A stretch of DNA of 64,000 bases from Salpingoeca rosetta. Its lineage: Eukaryota > Protista > Choanoflagellata. Location: contig JAWQFM010000018.1 of NCBI GenBank assembly GCA_033442325.1, positions 410,353-474,352 on the forward strand. Reading direction: 5' to 3'. Positions 63,996 through 64,000 of the stretch are shown here, one piece after another. The notes beneath the pieces are model-generated. The model did no database searches. It had not been told where the DNA came from and saw only the letters and a program-made list of their open reading frames with translations. Each line of letters begins with the position of its first letter. Position 1 is the stretch's first letter. A program made the position numbers and the translations under genes.

Positions 63996-64000
63996 AGAGA
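49297..64000 (+). CDS. PARP4: PARP4 / vault PARP-like multidomain ADP-ribosyltransferase (3' partial; continues beyond window)
   Basis: BRCT ([11 protein letters not shown]...RQHGA...FVYRCIEE, ~49699-49958), then WGR-like and regulatory domains ([11 protein letters not shown]; LYRALNCAI). ART domain with the H-Y-E triad: LLYHGT 53363, GVYFA 53845, REFAVY 54647, plus EVALGR and GYNSVVG. VIT (LPLRSVHV...[40 protein letters not shown], ~56152-56830). vWA (FILDLSASM...FNVTVFG...GTTN...LVSDG). [16 protein letters not shown]. Extra modules are listed under findings. Confidence 0.9.
55130..55675 (+). other. 2H phosphoesterase (LigT/AKAP7/LENG9-like) domain within the PARP4-like gene
   Basis: LAIVP...IQHLRRQHD...[11 protein letters not shown] (His at 55236) and PQPHITV (His at 55512), then [10 protein letters not shown]...HVVAHVPL. 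Confidence 0.8.
57516..57740. repeat. Intronic (GTGTT)n followed by (GTAAACGTGTGT)n tandem repeats
   Basis: Read directly from the sequence. Confidence 0.9.
61262..61734 (+). other. Actin N-terminal fragment (residues ~8-70) within the PARP4-like gene, split by intron 61281-61558
   Basis: PVVLDT|[59 protein letters not shown]. Confidence 0.92.

Overview
This is intron-rich eukaryotic DNA from a draft assembly, with seven 100-N gaps. Introns are packed with (GT)n/(CA)n microsatellites. The style and gene content suggest a unicellular holozoan, most likely a Salpingoeca-like choanoflagellate (inference). Most ORFs in the six-frame track are microsatellite artefacts, so genes were rebuilt by hand from GT-AG junctions and internal exon edges are approximate. 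Genes in order: WAVE/SCAR, a hypothetical protein, LRRC23, an M19 membrane dipeptidase (3' end lost in a gap), an MCFD2-like EF-hand protein, a vWA/mucin single-pass receptor with a Tyr-motif tail, a CENP-U/Ame1-like protein, FAM136A, FBXO9, a TPR-like/J-domain protein, a hypothetical protein, an ankyrin protein, a vanin/biotinidase, and a PARP4 (vault PARP)-like gene of more than 14 kb that runs off the right edge. The main highlight is the PARP4-like protein. Besides BRCT-WGR-PARP-VIT-vWA, it carries a 2H phosphoesterase, a possible 14-3-3 fragment, a near-perfect copy of actin residues ~8-70 and a poly-Pro/WCA-like module. Other highlights are a histone-H3-tail mimic (RTKMTARKS) in the CENP-U-like protein and a ~2.2 kb inverted duplication of the WAVE promoter and first 10 codons that brackets a 29 kb block. 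All homology calls come from motif recognition; no database search was run.
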